Shown: positions 1 through 11,770 of the stretch, piece by piece
How positions within the stretch are numbered: the stretch's first letter is position 1
Layout: the number at the start of each line of letters is the position of its first letter
Source of the DNA: Octopus vulgaris
Lineage: Eukaryota
Reading direction: 5' to 3'
DNA: 64,000 nt
NCBI GenBank assembly: GCA_951406725.2
Contig: OX597830.1
Coordinates: 76,322,001 to 76,386,000 of the forward strand
Notes under the pieces: model-generated
What the model was told of the DNA's origin: nothing
Databases searched by the model: none
Seen by the model: only the letters and a program-made list of their open reading frames with translations
Position numbers and translations under genes: made by a program

Positions 1-43
1 TAGCTAGATAGATAGATAGATCAGTAAAGAAGAAAATGGAGAT

Positions 44-380
44 TCAATTCAATATAATATGAAGTTCTTATCCCTACTACTGTTTCCATATCTATGAAAT
101 GAAATGAAATTAATTTAAAATTTTCCCATTGAAACTGGTTAATTGGATATTTCATCACGGGAGTATTTGCAGAAAAGAGTTACATTCCTTTGGTCGACGA
201 ATCTGTCAAGGGTCGACCAACACATTGGAATGTGACTTCTTCCTGGAAATTCTCCCCTGATCAAACACCCAGTTAAACAGTTTCAATGTGAAAATTATTA
301 ATTAATTTAATTTCTCTAATTGAACAAATTAGATATGGAAACGGCTGTAGGGATAAAAATTTCATTGTATATTGATTTGA
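44..380. repeat. Old imperfect inverted repeat (foldback), arms about 150 bp
   Basis: TTATCCCTACTACTGTTTCCATATCTA (~67-93) is mirrored by TAGATATGGAAACGGCTGTAGGGATAA (~330-356). Inner TTGGTCGAC (190-198) is mirrored by GTCGACCAA (212-220). Pairing between them is continuous but mismatched. Confidence 0.75.
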
Positions 381-921
381 ATATCTTTGAATAAACTGAT
401 GTCTATACGTCAGTTTTTCTCTTTTCTTCTTTTTCTCTCATTCATAAAAGTTTTAAATACCAATATACACCAATGCAAAAGTAAGTTATCTAGCATTCCC
501 TAAACTCTGGTATAAACTGGAGAGCTAAGATGCAAACATCCCTTAATGTATATATAATATATATAATTTGGGAGGTGATACTAAGCAACAGCATTGATAC
601 ATCCATATTACCTTAAAACAATATTTATATAATTGCAAGTTTTAGAAATATCGGCAAATCTTCCTCAAAGCACAGACTGAGATTCAGCGGGAAAAATCGT
701 GGTTATCATAAGAAGAGACAGGCAGCATAATAAACGGCTTTGATCATAGCTGAGCCCTCGAGTACGAGAACTGTTTATCCGCTTTTGTGTATGTAAAAAT
801 GCGTGTAAGCATCTATTTATCTATCTGTTTGTCTGTCTATCCATCTGTGTGTGTGTGTGTATTGGTACGCACACACACACATGTACATACGCATATATGT
901 AAACATATATATATATATATA

Positions 922-953
922 TACTAGCAGTATCGCCCGGCGTTGCTCGGGTT
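922..953 (+). mobile_element. Terminal fragment of a Helitron/Helentron-type non-autonomous element
   Basis: TACTAGCAGTATCGCCCGGCGTTGCTCGGGT inside a (TA)n tract, with a small CCCG/CGGG hairpin. The same TACTAGCAG..CCCG start occurs at 42174. Superfamily is inferred. Confidence 0.4.
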
Positions 954-1007
954 ATATATATATATATATATATGCTTACATAAATGTATATATATATATA
1001 TACATAT

Positions 1008-1059
<52 letters not shown>

Positions 1060-1069
1060 GCTTACATAA

Positions 1070-1133
<64 letters not shown>

Positions 1134-1140
1134 TTACATG

Positions 1141-1178
<38 letters not shown>

Positions 1179-1986
1179 ATACACGTACATATATAGATGA
1201 TTGATAATATCCATATATACAAACCATCATTATTATATATTTTACTATAGATGTGCCTAGCAGCATATGCTTCTCTGCAAGTGAAAACAATTATTTTTCT
1301 TCTTTCCTCATCCCACCACCACCACCGCCACCACTAACACCTTCACCATTTTCTCTTCTCTTTCATTCATTCATTCATTCATTCATTCTCTCTTTCTGTA
1401 TTTGTTCCCCCACCCCCCAGTTTGACTAGCTGTGAAAATGACGTGCTTGGTAAACAAACATTAACTACCAGTTAAAGGGTTTTTCATCAAAATACTTTAT
1501 GAACCCATTTATTGTTTGTAGTGACAGATTTTTGTTTTTTTTTATAACTGTACTAAAATGGAGGATAATCTATAGTCTGACACATTCTCTCTCTCTGTCT
1601 CTCTCTCTCTCTTTCCCGTTGTTTTTATATATATATATCTACCCCCGCTTCTCTGTCTGTCTGTCCGTCTCTCTCTCTCTCTCTCTCTCTCTCTTCCTTT
1701 GCCTGCCTGTCTGTGTGCTTATCTCTCGCTGGCTCACCGTGTCCGCTCTCACATCGCCCCATGAGTGTATGAACTTAGCCCTACGTCACATATGTTTATA
1801 AACAATGTCGATCGGTTACATACAAAATATCAAAATGATCCAAAATATATATAAATGTGCGCCCACACGTTAACATAAATATCTACATGCATAAATGTAT
1901 ATCTGTATCGCATTTATAATATAAACTGTTTATAAATATTATGTATATATATACATATACATACATATATATATATGTATGTAAAA

Positions 1987-2255
1987 GAGCACACCGTCGG
2001 TTACGACGACGGGGGTCCCACCTGATACGATCAACGGAACAGCTTGCTCGTGAAGTTAACGTGCAAGTGGCTGAGTACTCCACAGAATGTGACTAGGCTG
2101 GCCCTTTGAATTACAGGTACCACTCAGTTTTGCCAGCTGGGTGAACTGGAGCAACATGAACATAAGGTGTCTTGCTCCAGGACACAACGCGTCACCGGGA
2201 GCTCAAGACCTTATGATCGTGAGTGGTTTGCCCGAACCACTAAGCCACACGCCTT
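1987..2255 (-). mobile_element. tRNA-derived SINE: CORE-like body joined to the family C tail
   Basis: 1987-2120 matches the tail of the SINE C copies (35502-35683). 2121-2190 matches the CORE-like segment of SINE D (CAGCTGGGTGAACTGGAGCAAC...GTGTCTTGCTC..GACACAAC). Degenerate tRNA head to 2255. Confidence 0.75.
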
Positions 2256-2362
2256 TCTATACATATATATATATATATATATATAATAATAATAAATATT
2301 AGGGAATAAATACAAATTTACAGGGAAAATCAGATTTAGGATTGAATCCAATTTTATAGTAA

Positions 2363-2553
2363 AATCTTCGTTCAGCTCCATTTCTTCCTACACTAAATAT
2401 ATAAAACTTCAAATTTCCGCACTAAGGCACAGATTTTAGGCCCCATGGTCGTAACCTCAACCGTGCTTTTTCTGTTGTGATATTTGCTACCCAGGTATCG
2501 GTTATCACTTGAATTATCCGTAATAAGATAATTCATCTATCTACTTCAATAAT
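2363..2553. repeat. Outer inverted-repeat arm (partner at 3197-3388), Penelope-like remnant
   Basis: About 190 bp reverse-complementary to 3197-3388, with about 5 substitutions read by eye. Confidence 0.9.
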
Positions 2554-2616
<63 letters not shown>

Positions 2617-2652
2617 TAGATAATCTTCGTTCAGCTCCATTTCTTCCTACAC

Positions 2653-2709
<57 letters not shown>

Positions 2710-2796
2710 GTATATGTATATATATAAATACATACATACATATACATACATATAATAACGCGGTCATTTTCGCCATCAGGATATCCAATCTGAAAT

Positions 2797-2842
2797 CCAC
2801 CTGATGAATGTCCTTAGAAGAGACACGAAACAATTGTAGTGG
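2797..2842 (+). ncRNA. Minimal type I hammerhead ribozyme motif (Penelope-type)
   Basis: CCAC-CTGATGA-a-TGTC-cttagaaga-GACA-c-GAAA-CAATTG-TA-GTGG. Stem I CCAC/GTGG, both core boxes, stem II TGTC/GACA (A.C mismatch at its base), palindromic stem III CAATTG, GUA cleavage triplet. Confidence 0.75.
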
Positions 2843-3018
2843 CGAATTTAATTTCATTTAATTTATATTAAATTTTTTAATGTATTGGATTAAGTCTTTC
2901 TTTGTTTGATTTGCAAAATACTGGTTTTGTCTCTAATTAATATTATATATTAGATATATAAATATATAAATATATATAAATAATAAATAATATTATATAT
3001 TAGATATATAAATATCTA

Positions 3019-3053
<35 letters not shown>

Positions 3054-3151
3054 ATATATATATTGAAGATTGAAGGCTTCGAATGATTTGTCTGTGTTCC
3101 GTGTTCGTCCCTTCCTGTATTTCACGTTCATTATATATAAAAACATTCATT

Positions 3152-3197
<46 letters not shown>

Positions 3198-3407
3198 TTA
3201 TTGAAGTAGATAAATGAATTATCTTATTACGGATAATTCAAATGATAACCGATACCTGGGTAGCAAAAATCACAACAGAAAAAGCACAGTTGAGGTTACG
3301 ACCATGGGGCCTAAAATCCGTGCCTTAGTGCGGAAATTTGAAGTTTTATATATTTAGTGTAGGAAGAAATGGAGCTGAACGAAGATTTAACAAAATTCCT
3401 TTTTATT

Positions 3408-3493
3408 ATTTTCTACATATGTTTCAAAGGCTGCAAAGTCCCTAATTCGGATTGAATAAGGAGTCCATTTTGCAGCCTTCTCTTCAGGAAAAT
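3408..3493 (-). ncRNA. Mirror copy of the hammerhead motif on the opposite strand
   Basis: Exact reverse complement of 3529-3614 because of the palindrome. Confidence 0.85.
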
Positions 3494-3528
3494 CCAGGAA
3501 CTTAATTCTCGGAGAATTAAGTTCCTGG

Positions 3529-3614
3529 ATTTTCCTGAAGAGAAGGCTGCAAAATGGACTCCTTATTCAATCCGAATTAGGGACTTTGCAGCCTTTGAAA
3601 CATATGTAGAAAAT
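3529..3614 (+). ncRNA. Type I hammerhead ribozyme motif with long stem II
   Basis: ATTTTC-CTGAAGA-GAAGGCTGCAAA...TTTGCAGCCTTT-GAAA-CATATG-TA-GAAAAT. 6-bp stem I, CUGAAGA and GAAA boxes, 12-bp stem II, palindromic stem III CATATG, predicted cleavage after GUA (3608). Confidence 0.85.
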
Positions 3615-3787
3615 AATAAAAAGGAATTTTGTTAAATCTTCGTTCAGCTCCATTTCTTCCTACACTAAATATATATATATATATATATAAATGCATATAT
3701 ATATATAAATACATACATACATATACATACATATAATAATATATATAAATGTGTGTGTGTATGCGTGTGCGTGTGTGTACATACTTA

Positions 3788-3833
<46 letters not shown>

Positions 3834-3834
3834 T

Positions 3835-4125
3835 CTTTAAAGCCTAGTATTTATTCAAACTCGCTCTTCTGCCGAACTGCTAGATTATGGGGGCATAAAC
3901 ACACCAACACCGGTATTCAAGCGGTGATGGGGTGGGGGGCAAGCACAGACACGAAGACCCCCCCCCCACAGACACACTCACACATACATACATATACGAC
4001 AGGCTTCTTTCAGCGACCGTCCACCAAATTCACTCAGAATGGCCAAGGTGCCACGCAGTGGGACTGAACCCGGAACCAAGTTGTTAGGAAACAAGTTTCT
4101 TACCACACAGCCACTCCTACGCTTA
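3835..4125 (-). mobile_element. SINE family A, internally deleted
   Basis: Reverse complement of the family A head (GGAGTGGCTGTGTGGTAAG...GGTTCAGTCCCACTGCGTGGCACCTTGG) and body. Confidence 0.85.
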
Positions 4126-4501
4126 TGTATATATACTCACTATATACATGCAGCTATTTTATATTAACCAGCTTTACTCTCTGGTACATAAGTTACAAAT
4201 GAAAAATGGCGCAACAACACTTAAATGTGACCTGATCAGCATCGCTCCTACCCTATCTCCCAAAATATCAAAGACGTCTTGTAGAACCGGATATGTTTTG
4301 GCCAAGAGCGAATTCTTACTTGTGTGTGGAACATGCCATTCCGAAATATGCACTTAAAATTGTTCACCAGGTGATGATACTAAAGAAGTCATGCTGATAT
4401 GCCCTTTTGTTTACACGGTAAAGAAACAAACCATTAGCGCCATCATAATCATCATCATCCTCCTCATCATTATCAGTATTAGCAGCAACAGCAGTAACAC
4501 C

Positions 4502-4533
<32 letters not shown>

Positions 4534-4592
4534 CCACAACAACAACAGTGACAATAACAAAGTTAACAAATACAATAATATTACGACGGATA

Positions 4593-4978
4593 AGGCTATG
4601 TAGTAAATAGTTTGCTTACCAACCACATGGTTCCGGGTTCAGTCCCGATGCGTGGCACCTTGGGCAAGTGTCAGCCTCGGGCCTACCAAAGCCTTGTGAG
4701 TGGATTTGGTAGACGGAACTGAAAGAAACCCGACGTATATATGTATATGTAAATATATGTGTTTGTGTGTCTGTGTTTGTCCCCCCAACATCGCTTAACA
4801 ACATATGCTGGTGTGTTTACTTCCCCGTAACTTAGCGGTTCGGCAAAAGAAACCGATACAATAAGTACTAGACTTACAAAGAATAAGTAGTGGGATCGGT
4901 TTGCTCGACTAAAGGCGGTACTCCAGCATGGCCGCAGTCAAATGACCGAAACAAATAAAAGAGTAAAAGAGTAAAAGA
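4593..4978 (+). mobile_element. SINE family A, near full length
   Basis: tRNA-like A/B boxes (GGTTCAGTCC), body GTGAGTGGATTTGGTAGACGGAACTGAAAG, internal TA/TG tract, tail CCAGCATGGCCGCAGTCAAATGACCGAAAC followed by (TAAAAGAG)n. Confidence 0.92.
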
Positions 4979-5203
4979 ATGTATTCCAAGGTATGCAGGC
5001 TCTTGACGAAAATAAAAATGATAAATGATTGGGCGTAGCTCATAGCTAAATGTTATTTGCTCAAAAGCCTACCTGAATGCAAGAACATGGGACAAAGAAC
5101 AACAGCGGTAACAACAACAATAACAGCAACATGTAAAAAGTATTTCGCTATTTTTTCCGGTTTTAGAACATTCCAACAACCTGTTGTTGATTTCCAATGT
5201 CCA

Positions 5204-5254
<51 letters not shown>

Positions 5255-5351
5255 GCGGCTGCTGCTACTACTACTACTGCTGCTGCTACTACTACTACTG
5301 CGGCTGCTACTACTACTACTATAACTACTACTACTACTACTACTACTATAG

Positions 5352-5405
<54 letters not shown>

Positions 5406-5407
5406 TA

Positions 5408-5472
<65 letters not shown>
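5204..5472. repeat. (TAC)n microsatellite with GCT/GCG interruptions
   Basis: About 270 bp of trinucleotide repeat; source of the poly-Thr, poly-Val and poly-Tyr ORFs. Confidence 0.95.
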
Positions 5473-5539
5473 GTTCACGATTATCAGCAAAATGGTCTCA
5501 GAATATTCGGGAGTCATTTTGCATTCACAAGTGACCATA

Positions 5540-5720
5540 TTTTTGTTACGTCATTGATTTATTTGACCAATCGGCAAAGCTGAGGATTGTTCATGTTTTA
5601 TGTTTCCGTTTTGTCCTTTGATCCACAGCTCTCTGATTGGTTGTTACAAGAGGCGCAGTCGTAATACATATAGCGAGTGTTGGTCAGCTAAGTCAACGAA
5701 AGTGCCCAGCCTTTTCTAGC
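5540..5720. promoter_or_regulatory. Possible promoter/enhancer with CRE-like site and two CCAAT boxes
   Basis: TTACGTCA (~5546), GACCAATCGG (~5565) and CTGATTGGTT (~5633) are clustered in unique sequence. Motif evidence only. Confidence 0.25.
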
Positions 5721-7097
5721 TCAGTCAACGTCGATTTATTCCAGAGAGGAGGGAAGGAGAAAATGGAGAGAGAGAGAGAATGAAAGAGAGAAGAATCATC
5801 CCAGTAGTGGACTGGTACTTAACTTATCGACCTCGTATATATACATAAAAAAAAACGAAGTTGTTCCTCGGTGGTATTCAACCATGAGTCGTACAGAACC
5901 AGAAGGAATATATGAAGTAATGATTAACCACTCTTTCGATTCCGTCTTGATTTTATGGTTGAGTACAGTGAAAATAAATATCATATTCCACTACAAAACA
6001 TGCTATAATTTCAATAACTGACATTGATGTTGTTGCTGCTGTTGTCGTTACATTCTCAAGTTAAATCTTGCAGTGTATATCAAGCAGCAAAGGCGTCCCA
6101 AACCTGACTTGCACTCCGTTTTCTAAGACTACATTCATTAAATGTCTTTAGATTTGAGGGCAATTTCACTGCTATTTCCTGCAGGTGAAACCAGCACAAA
6201 GATGGTCTTTATTACTGTTGTATGGCCGCAGATCAGTTTTGAACAAGCAGATCTATGGTAAAATGCGCCTCTTCTAATATATTGTTCAGGCATAATATAT
6301 CTCTAGAACTATATTCTCCAATGGTTTCTTTCTTTCAAATATGATAAGGTACAATTTTGAGAGAATTATGAATGCTACTTCTAGCAGATTAAACCACCAG
6401 GTAATATTCCTCCCTCACAAATTCATTATTTGAGAACATTCTAAAGGTTGAAACATCATACAGAACATCGGGGTGTTTTTAGCTTAACTTCTCACTCAGT
6501 TTTCTCCATGAAGAAACGCAGATGAATGCAATATTGAATAAGTCTACCAGATAGCATTGCAGGACCAATGAGGAGACCACTTGCTCGAAATAGCAGTAAT
6601 ATTTATCCCAGAGTAAGCACTACTGCCTTAAAAGGAAAGATGTATTAAATATTGGCGTGCTTGATAGACAATATTTTTAAAATATGTGTAGTGATGGAAC
6701 TGGCGGGAAGGTTTTATATCAGATCTGCACGGAGAGGATTGATTTAGATGGTTAAATCACAAGACGTCAAACAGTTATGTTTTTTAGCTCTCTTTCTCTC
6801 TCCTCTCTCTTTTTCTCTCCCTTTCTCTCTATCTCATTCTCCTCTCACCCCTCCTCTCTCTCTGTTACATAACATACACGCATAAAATATTTATAGCTGT
6901 ACATATGCATGAATCTATATAAAGTGCAAGCTAACACATACCTGAGGTGCTGAACCGTAACAAAATTTTTAAAAAATGAAAATAAATAAATAAATAATTA
7001 ATTAATTGAAATTACAACGCTGATAAGGAAATATCACAAACGTTAATGAAAATTTCATACTCAGAAAGGATATGGGAAAGAACTCCTGAAATTTCAA

Positions 7098-7379
7098 TCA
7101 ACCAAAAATGTGTTTTAAAAGAGATACAGAGGAAAGAGAGACGGTGAGTTTCTTCTGGTAAGTCTTGCTGATACGTAGAATGCAATGAGGCGGTACAGGA
7201 GAGATCATGCCAAGGTGTAGGTGTGGAGCGGGTTCTATGAAAGAGCAACGGTTACCTCCATCCCTGCCCTTATCTCTGTAAAAGTCACCCTCTCTCCACC
7301 ACCGATATTGTCCAATTGAAGTGTAAATGACAATATCAGGAACGGTTCTGGTACGTAATGTAACGTCACCGATACAATA
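7098..7379 (-). CDS. Candidate exon of an unidentified gene
   Basis: Strong minus-strand acceptor TTTTTTCTATCTTTCAG (CAG at 7382-7380), followed by a 93-codon open frame YCIGDVTLRTRTVPDIVIYTSIGQYRWWREGDFYRDKGRDGGNRCSFIEP...HIFG* in non-repetitive, more GC-rich sequence. No family recognised. Confidence 0.3.
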   Translation of the reverse strand, partial: YCIGDVTLRTRTVPDIVIYTSIGQYRWWREGDFYRDKGRDGGNRCSFIEPAPHLHLGMISPVPPHCILRISKTYQKKLTVSLSSVSLLKHIFG

Positions 7380-7582
7380 CTGAAAGATAGAAAAAATATT
7401 AAACTAGTTTTTTTTTTTTTTAATGACTGTTCTGCCACTCGCGCAGCGCACGCGCACATGCAGGCACAAGTACACTCGCACATGCGCATGCACGTACGCA
7501 CAAACGCACAAGCACATGTCTCTGCACTGCTTACATATTTATACACGCATGCGTCTGTGTATGTATGTATTATGTTTGTATG

Positions 7583-7616
<34 letters not shown>

Positions 7617-7673
7617 TGTATGTATGTATGTATGTGTGTACTTATGTATCTATGTATGTGTAGAGACAGAACC

Positions 7674-7713
<40 letters not shown>

Positions 7714-7739
7714 GGATGGATGGATGGATGGATGGATAG

Positions 7740-7790
<51 letters not shown>

Positions 7791-8525
7791 GATAGATTGA
7801 TAGTTAAATAAATATGCATGTACATCATATCCTTAAGATTATATATATATATGTGTGTGTGTGTGTAGATATATCCCGGAGTATCGGTGAGGTGTGTCAT
7901 GTAAATATGTGTGTGTATGGACATGTGTATATACATATATATATGCATACATATATACATGTATACATATATACATAAATTTATTCATACATAAATAAAC
8001 ACATATTTTGCAATATTAGACTTCAACAAAACACGTTTGTACATAGTCAAACGCAGATATACACACAAACACATTCATGAACAATTACTTATAAAAGATT
8101 TTACAGTACATGTATAGAAAACATGATTCTGAACCAAGTAACATAAGCTTCTACATCGACATCTTATACACCCTATATGTGTGCATACATATTTTCGTAC
8201 AAGTAAAAAGAATGTGTACATACGTTGCTAGAAAGTATTTAGCCTGTTGTAGTTGTTAAATGGTGATATAGTTTCGTTTTGCGTGTGTATATACATATCT
8301 TTGCATGCAGGGAGAGTTATCATCGTCATCATAATCATCATAGTGATAATCATCGTTGACGTCGTTTGTTAAAGTGCTTGTTCCACGTTGGTATGATTTG
8401 CAATATTCCACAGGATCTGCCATGCCAGAGAACAGCGTTGAGCTCCGGTGTCTCCTTTGGCATAATGTGTCTACGGCTCGATACCCTTCTTCATGCCAAC
8501 TACCTTAAAGAATGAGTTGCACGTG

Positions 8526-8601
<76 letters not shown>

Positions 8602-8643
8602 ATAAGATATATAAGATGTATATAAGATATATATATAAGATGT

Positions 8644-8923
8644 GACCCACTTCGGTCAGACACTGAGGCACAAGTTCGGGCAAGGTTGTTTCATGGAAGG
8701 CCAGCAGTCGCCCATGCATACCGGCTGCCCCTCTCAATGCCACCCAAAGGGGCCAATACAGCTTGGCACCTGTGACGGCGCAACTCATTTCAACAGCTGA
8801 GTGAACTGGAGCAACGTGAAATAAAGTGTCTTGGTCAAGAACACAACACGCAGTCCGGTCCGGGATTCGGTCTCACAACCTCACGATTGTAAGCTCGACG
8901 CTCTGACCACTGAGCCACGCGCC

Positions 8924-8928
<5 letters not shown>
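8644..8928 (-). mobile_element. SINE family D (tRNA head plus CORE-like domain), deleted copy
   Basis: Colinear with 61045-61382; CORE-like GTGTTGTGTTCTTGACCAAGACACTTTATTTCACGTTGCTCCAGTTCACTCAGCTG on the minus strand. Confidence 0.85.
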
Positions 8929-9007
<79 letters not shown>

Positions 9008-9224
9008 CATATGTATATAGATAGATAGATAAACGTACAGACAGACAGACGGTCTCCTCCTTTGATTCTTTCAGTTCACTTTTCTTCTTCTCTTTATCTT
9101 TCTGAGTACAGTCCTTCTCTAATTTTTCTGCTTTAGTGATATATATGCGTGTGTATATGTATATCTATGTACATATATATCTATATGCATATATGTCATA
9201 CATATATATGTAGATATATATTAC

Positions 9225-9266
<42 letters not shown>

Positions 9267-9300
9267 ATATATATGTATATATATATATACACACACATAT

Positions 9301-9355
<55 letters not shown>

Positions 9356-9712
9356 AACACACAAAGATATATATATATTGGGCTAGTGCATAATGAACGA
9401 CCGCTTTATAATTTAATTTACAGCAGCTTTAGAATAAAAAAACAGTCGTTAATTAAGCATGAATCCTATATACATATACACATCCATATATATATACATA
9501 TATTTGTGTGTGTGTGTATGTATGTATGTATGTATGTATGTATGTATGTATGTATGTTTATATGTATGTATGTATGTGTGTATGTATATAAGGAATGTTG
9601 TTTAAATGGATTGGAACGAGTTAATTCGCTTCCCGATCTTTATCGGGGCTATCGTTTTTACTGGCTAGTTTTTCTGTAACTAATGTATGTGTGTGTGTTG
9701 TGTTTCATGCCG

Positions 9713-9756
<44 letters not shown>

Positions 9757-9886
9757 TGCTGTTATGAACGCAATTTATAATTTATGTTACCTGCGTACAA
9801 GTCTTTCTCTACCCCGAAAGAGTTAAACTCACCCCCTCACCACCTCAACTCCGTTAGATCATGTTTAGGAAAAGTGGCCAATACCT

Positions 9887-10054
9887 ATTTCTTTACTACC
9901 CACAAGGGGCTAAACACAGAGAGGACAAACAAGGACAGACGAACGGATTAAGTCGTTTATTTCGACCCCAGTGCGTAACTGGTACTTATTTAATCGACCC
10001 CGAAAGGATGAAAGTTCAAAGTCGACCGACCGCGGCGGAATTTGAACTCAGAAC
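9887..10054 (-). mobile_element. SINE family B, 5'-truncated, 11-bp TSD
   Basis: Reverse complement of the B body and tail; flanked by GGCCAATACCT at 9876-9886 and 10055-10065. Confidence 0.92.
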
Positions 10055-10188
10055 GGCCAATACCTCAACATCAACAAACCTTTCAAATAATCTATTCCTA
10101 CGTTATTACTATCAACACCGACACCAACACTGCCACCAACGCTACTACTACTAATACTAATACTACCACCCATATCACCACATCCCCG

Positions 10189-10252
<64 letters not shown>

Positions 10253-11114
10253 GCTGCTGCTACTACTTACCACTACATTTTTTATTGTCAAAACCCCCTT
10301 CCCTTCTCAACTTTGCAGTATTTCATCGAGCCTCCTTCACCAAAAGACAAAAATAAATAAATAAATAATTATATAAAATAAAAAGAAAAATGTCACCACC
10401 GTATAACCACCCCCACCTACCATTACAATTAAAATCACCAACCAACACGAACATCTCCAGCAGCAACAATGACATCAAGGTAAAAATCCTCAACGAACTG
10501 AAAGCCTCACATTCGTTTCCTAGAGAGTATGCGTCATCCAATTTGCATTACATATCCCTCATAGCACAGTTGTCTCTCTTGGATACATCAGGTGACCACT
10601 TAGTGGAAGACAATTAAATAAATAAATAAATAAATAAACAAATAAATAAATAAATAAATAAATGGAATATATACATAAATGGAATGGAGATATTTTAGTG
10701 TAAGAAAAAAATAGAGAACACCAAGTTGATTTTCTTAATGTATTGGTTTGTGTTTCATAAAACACTATGACCTCCATTTTCGTATTTCTAAATTGCTACA
10801 ATGTAGATCGAAAAGATCACGCTGGCGCACACATACGATATACACACATACATACAAACATACATACATACATACATACATACATACATACATACATACA
10901 TACCAATGTTGAGAAATTAGGCTTCTCAAAACCAGAAAGGAGAAAGGTGATTCGAAAATCTTCAGATCCAAGCCATCACTGGAACTGTGAAGATATGTAA
11001 AACTTTCCAGAAGTTTATAATTTAAGTATATATGAGCATGTCTAGATATGCAACTACATGCTTAAAACAAAACATTCAAATCTGCACACATCAATCCATC
11101 TTTCCATTCATCCA

Positions 11115-11520
11115 TCCATACATACATACATACACACATACATACATACATACATACATACATACATACATACATACATACATACATACATACATGCATG
11201 CATACATACATACATACACACATACATACATACATACATACATACATACATACATACATACATACATACATACACACATACATACACACATACATACATA
11301 CACACATACATACACACATACATACATACATACATACATACATACATACATACACACATACATACATACATACATACCATACATACACACATACATACAT
11401 ACATACATACATACATACATACATACATACATACATACATACACACATACATACATACATACATACATACATACACACATACATACATACATACATACAC
11501 ACATGCACATACATACGTAC
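11115..11520. repeat. (CATA)n microsatellite, about 400 bp
   Basis: Tetranucleotide array with CACA variants; source of the HTYI/MYVC ORFs. Confidence 0.95.
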
Positions 11521-11577
11521 GTACGGACAAACGTATGCATGTATGTACTATATATGCATGATTGTATGCATGTACAA

Positions 11578-11770
11578 GTGCGGGGTTTAGCAGTTGAGGT
11601 TATTGTATCCTATATTCATGAGGTTGTGGTTTCGATTCCTGGACTGGGCGATCTGCTGTGTTCCTGAGTAATGCATGTCCGCATCATTTCGTGTAATTCC
11701 AGTCCACGCAGGTGGCAAAAATGAATAATCGTGTGGAGGAACTGGCCTCCCATCCAGTGGGATGGGATAT
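11578..11770 (+). mobile_element. Old degenerate tRNA/CORE-like SINE with a distinct tail
   Basis: B box GGTTTCGATTCC (~11628), then TGTGTTCCTGAG...TCCAGTCCACGCAG..AAATGAAT (CORE-like), then GAACTGGCCTCCCATCCAG. Confidence 0.55.

Larger units (their letters stand above)
3347..3675. repeat. Perfect palindrome, 164-bp arms with 1-nt spacer (G3511)
   Basis: 3347-3510 is the exact reverse complement of 3512-3675; centre ...AATTCTC-G-GAGAATT... Confidence 0.97.

Noticed and set aside
5057-5557. Mucin-like poly-Thr ORF (166 aa)
   Set aside because: Explained by the (TAC)n array; parallel poly-Tyr and poly-Val frames are equally open, and there is no signal peptide or domain.
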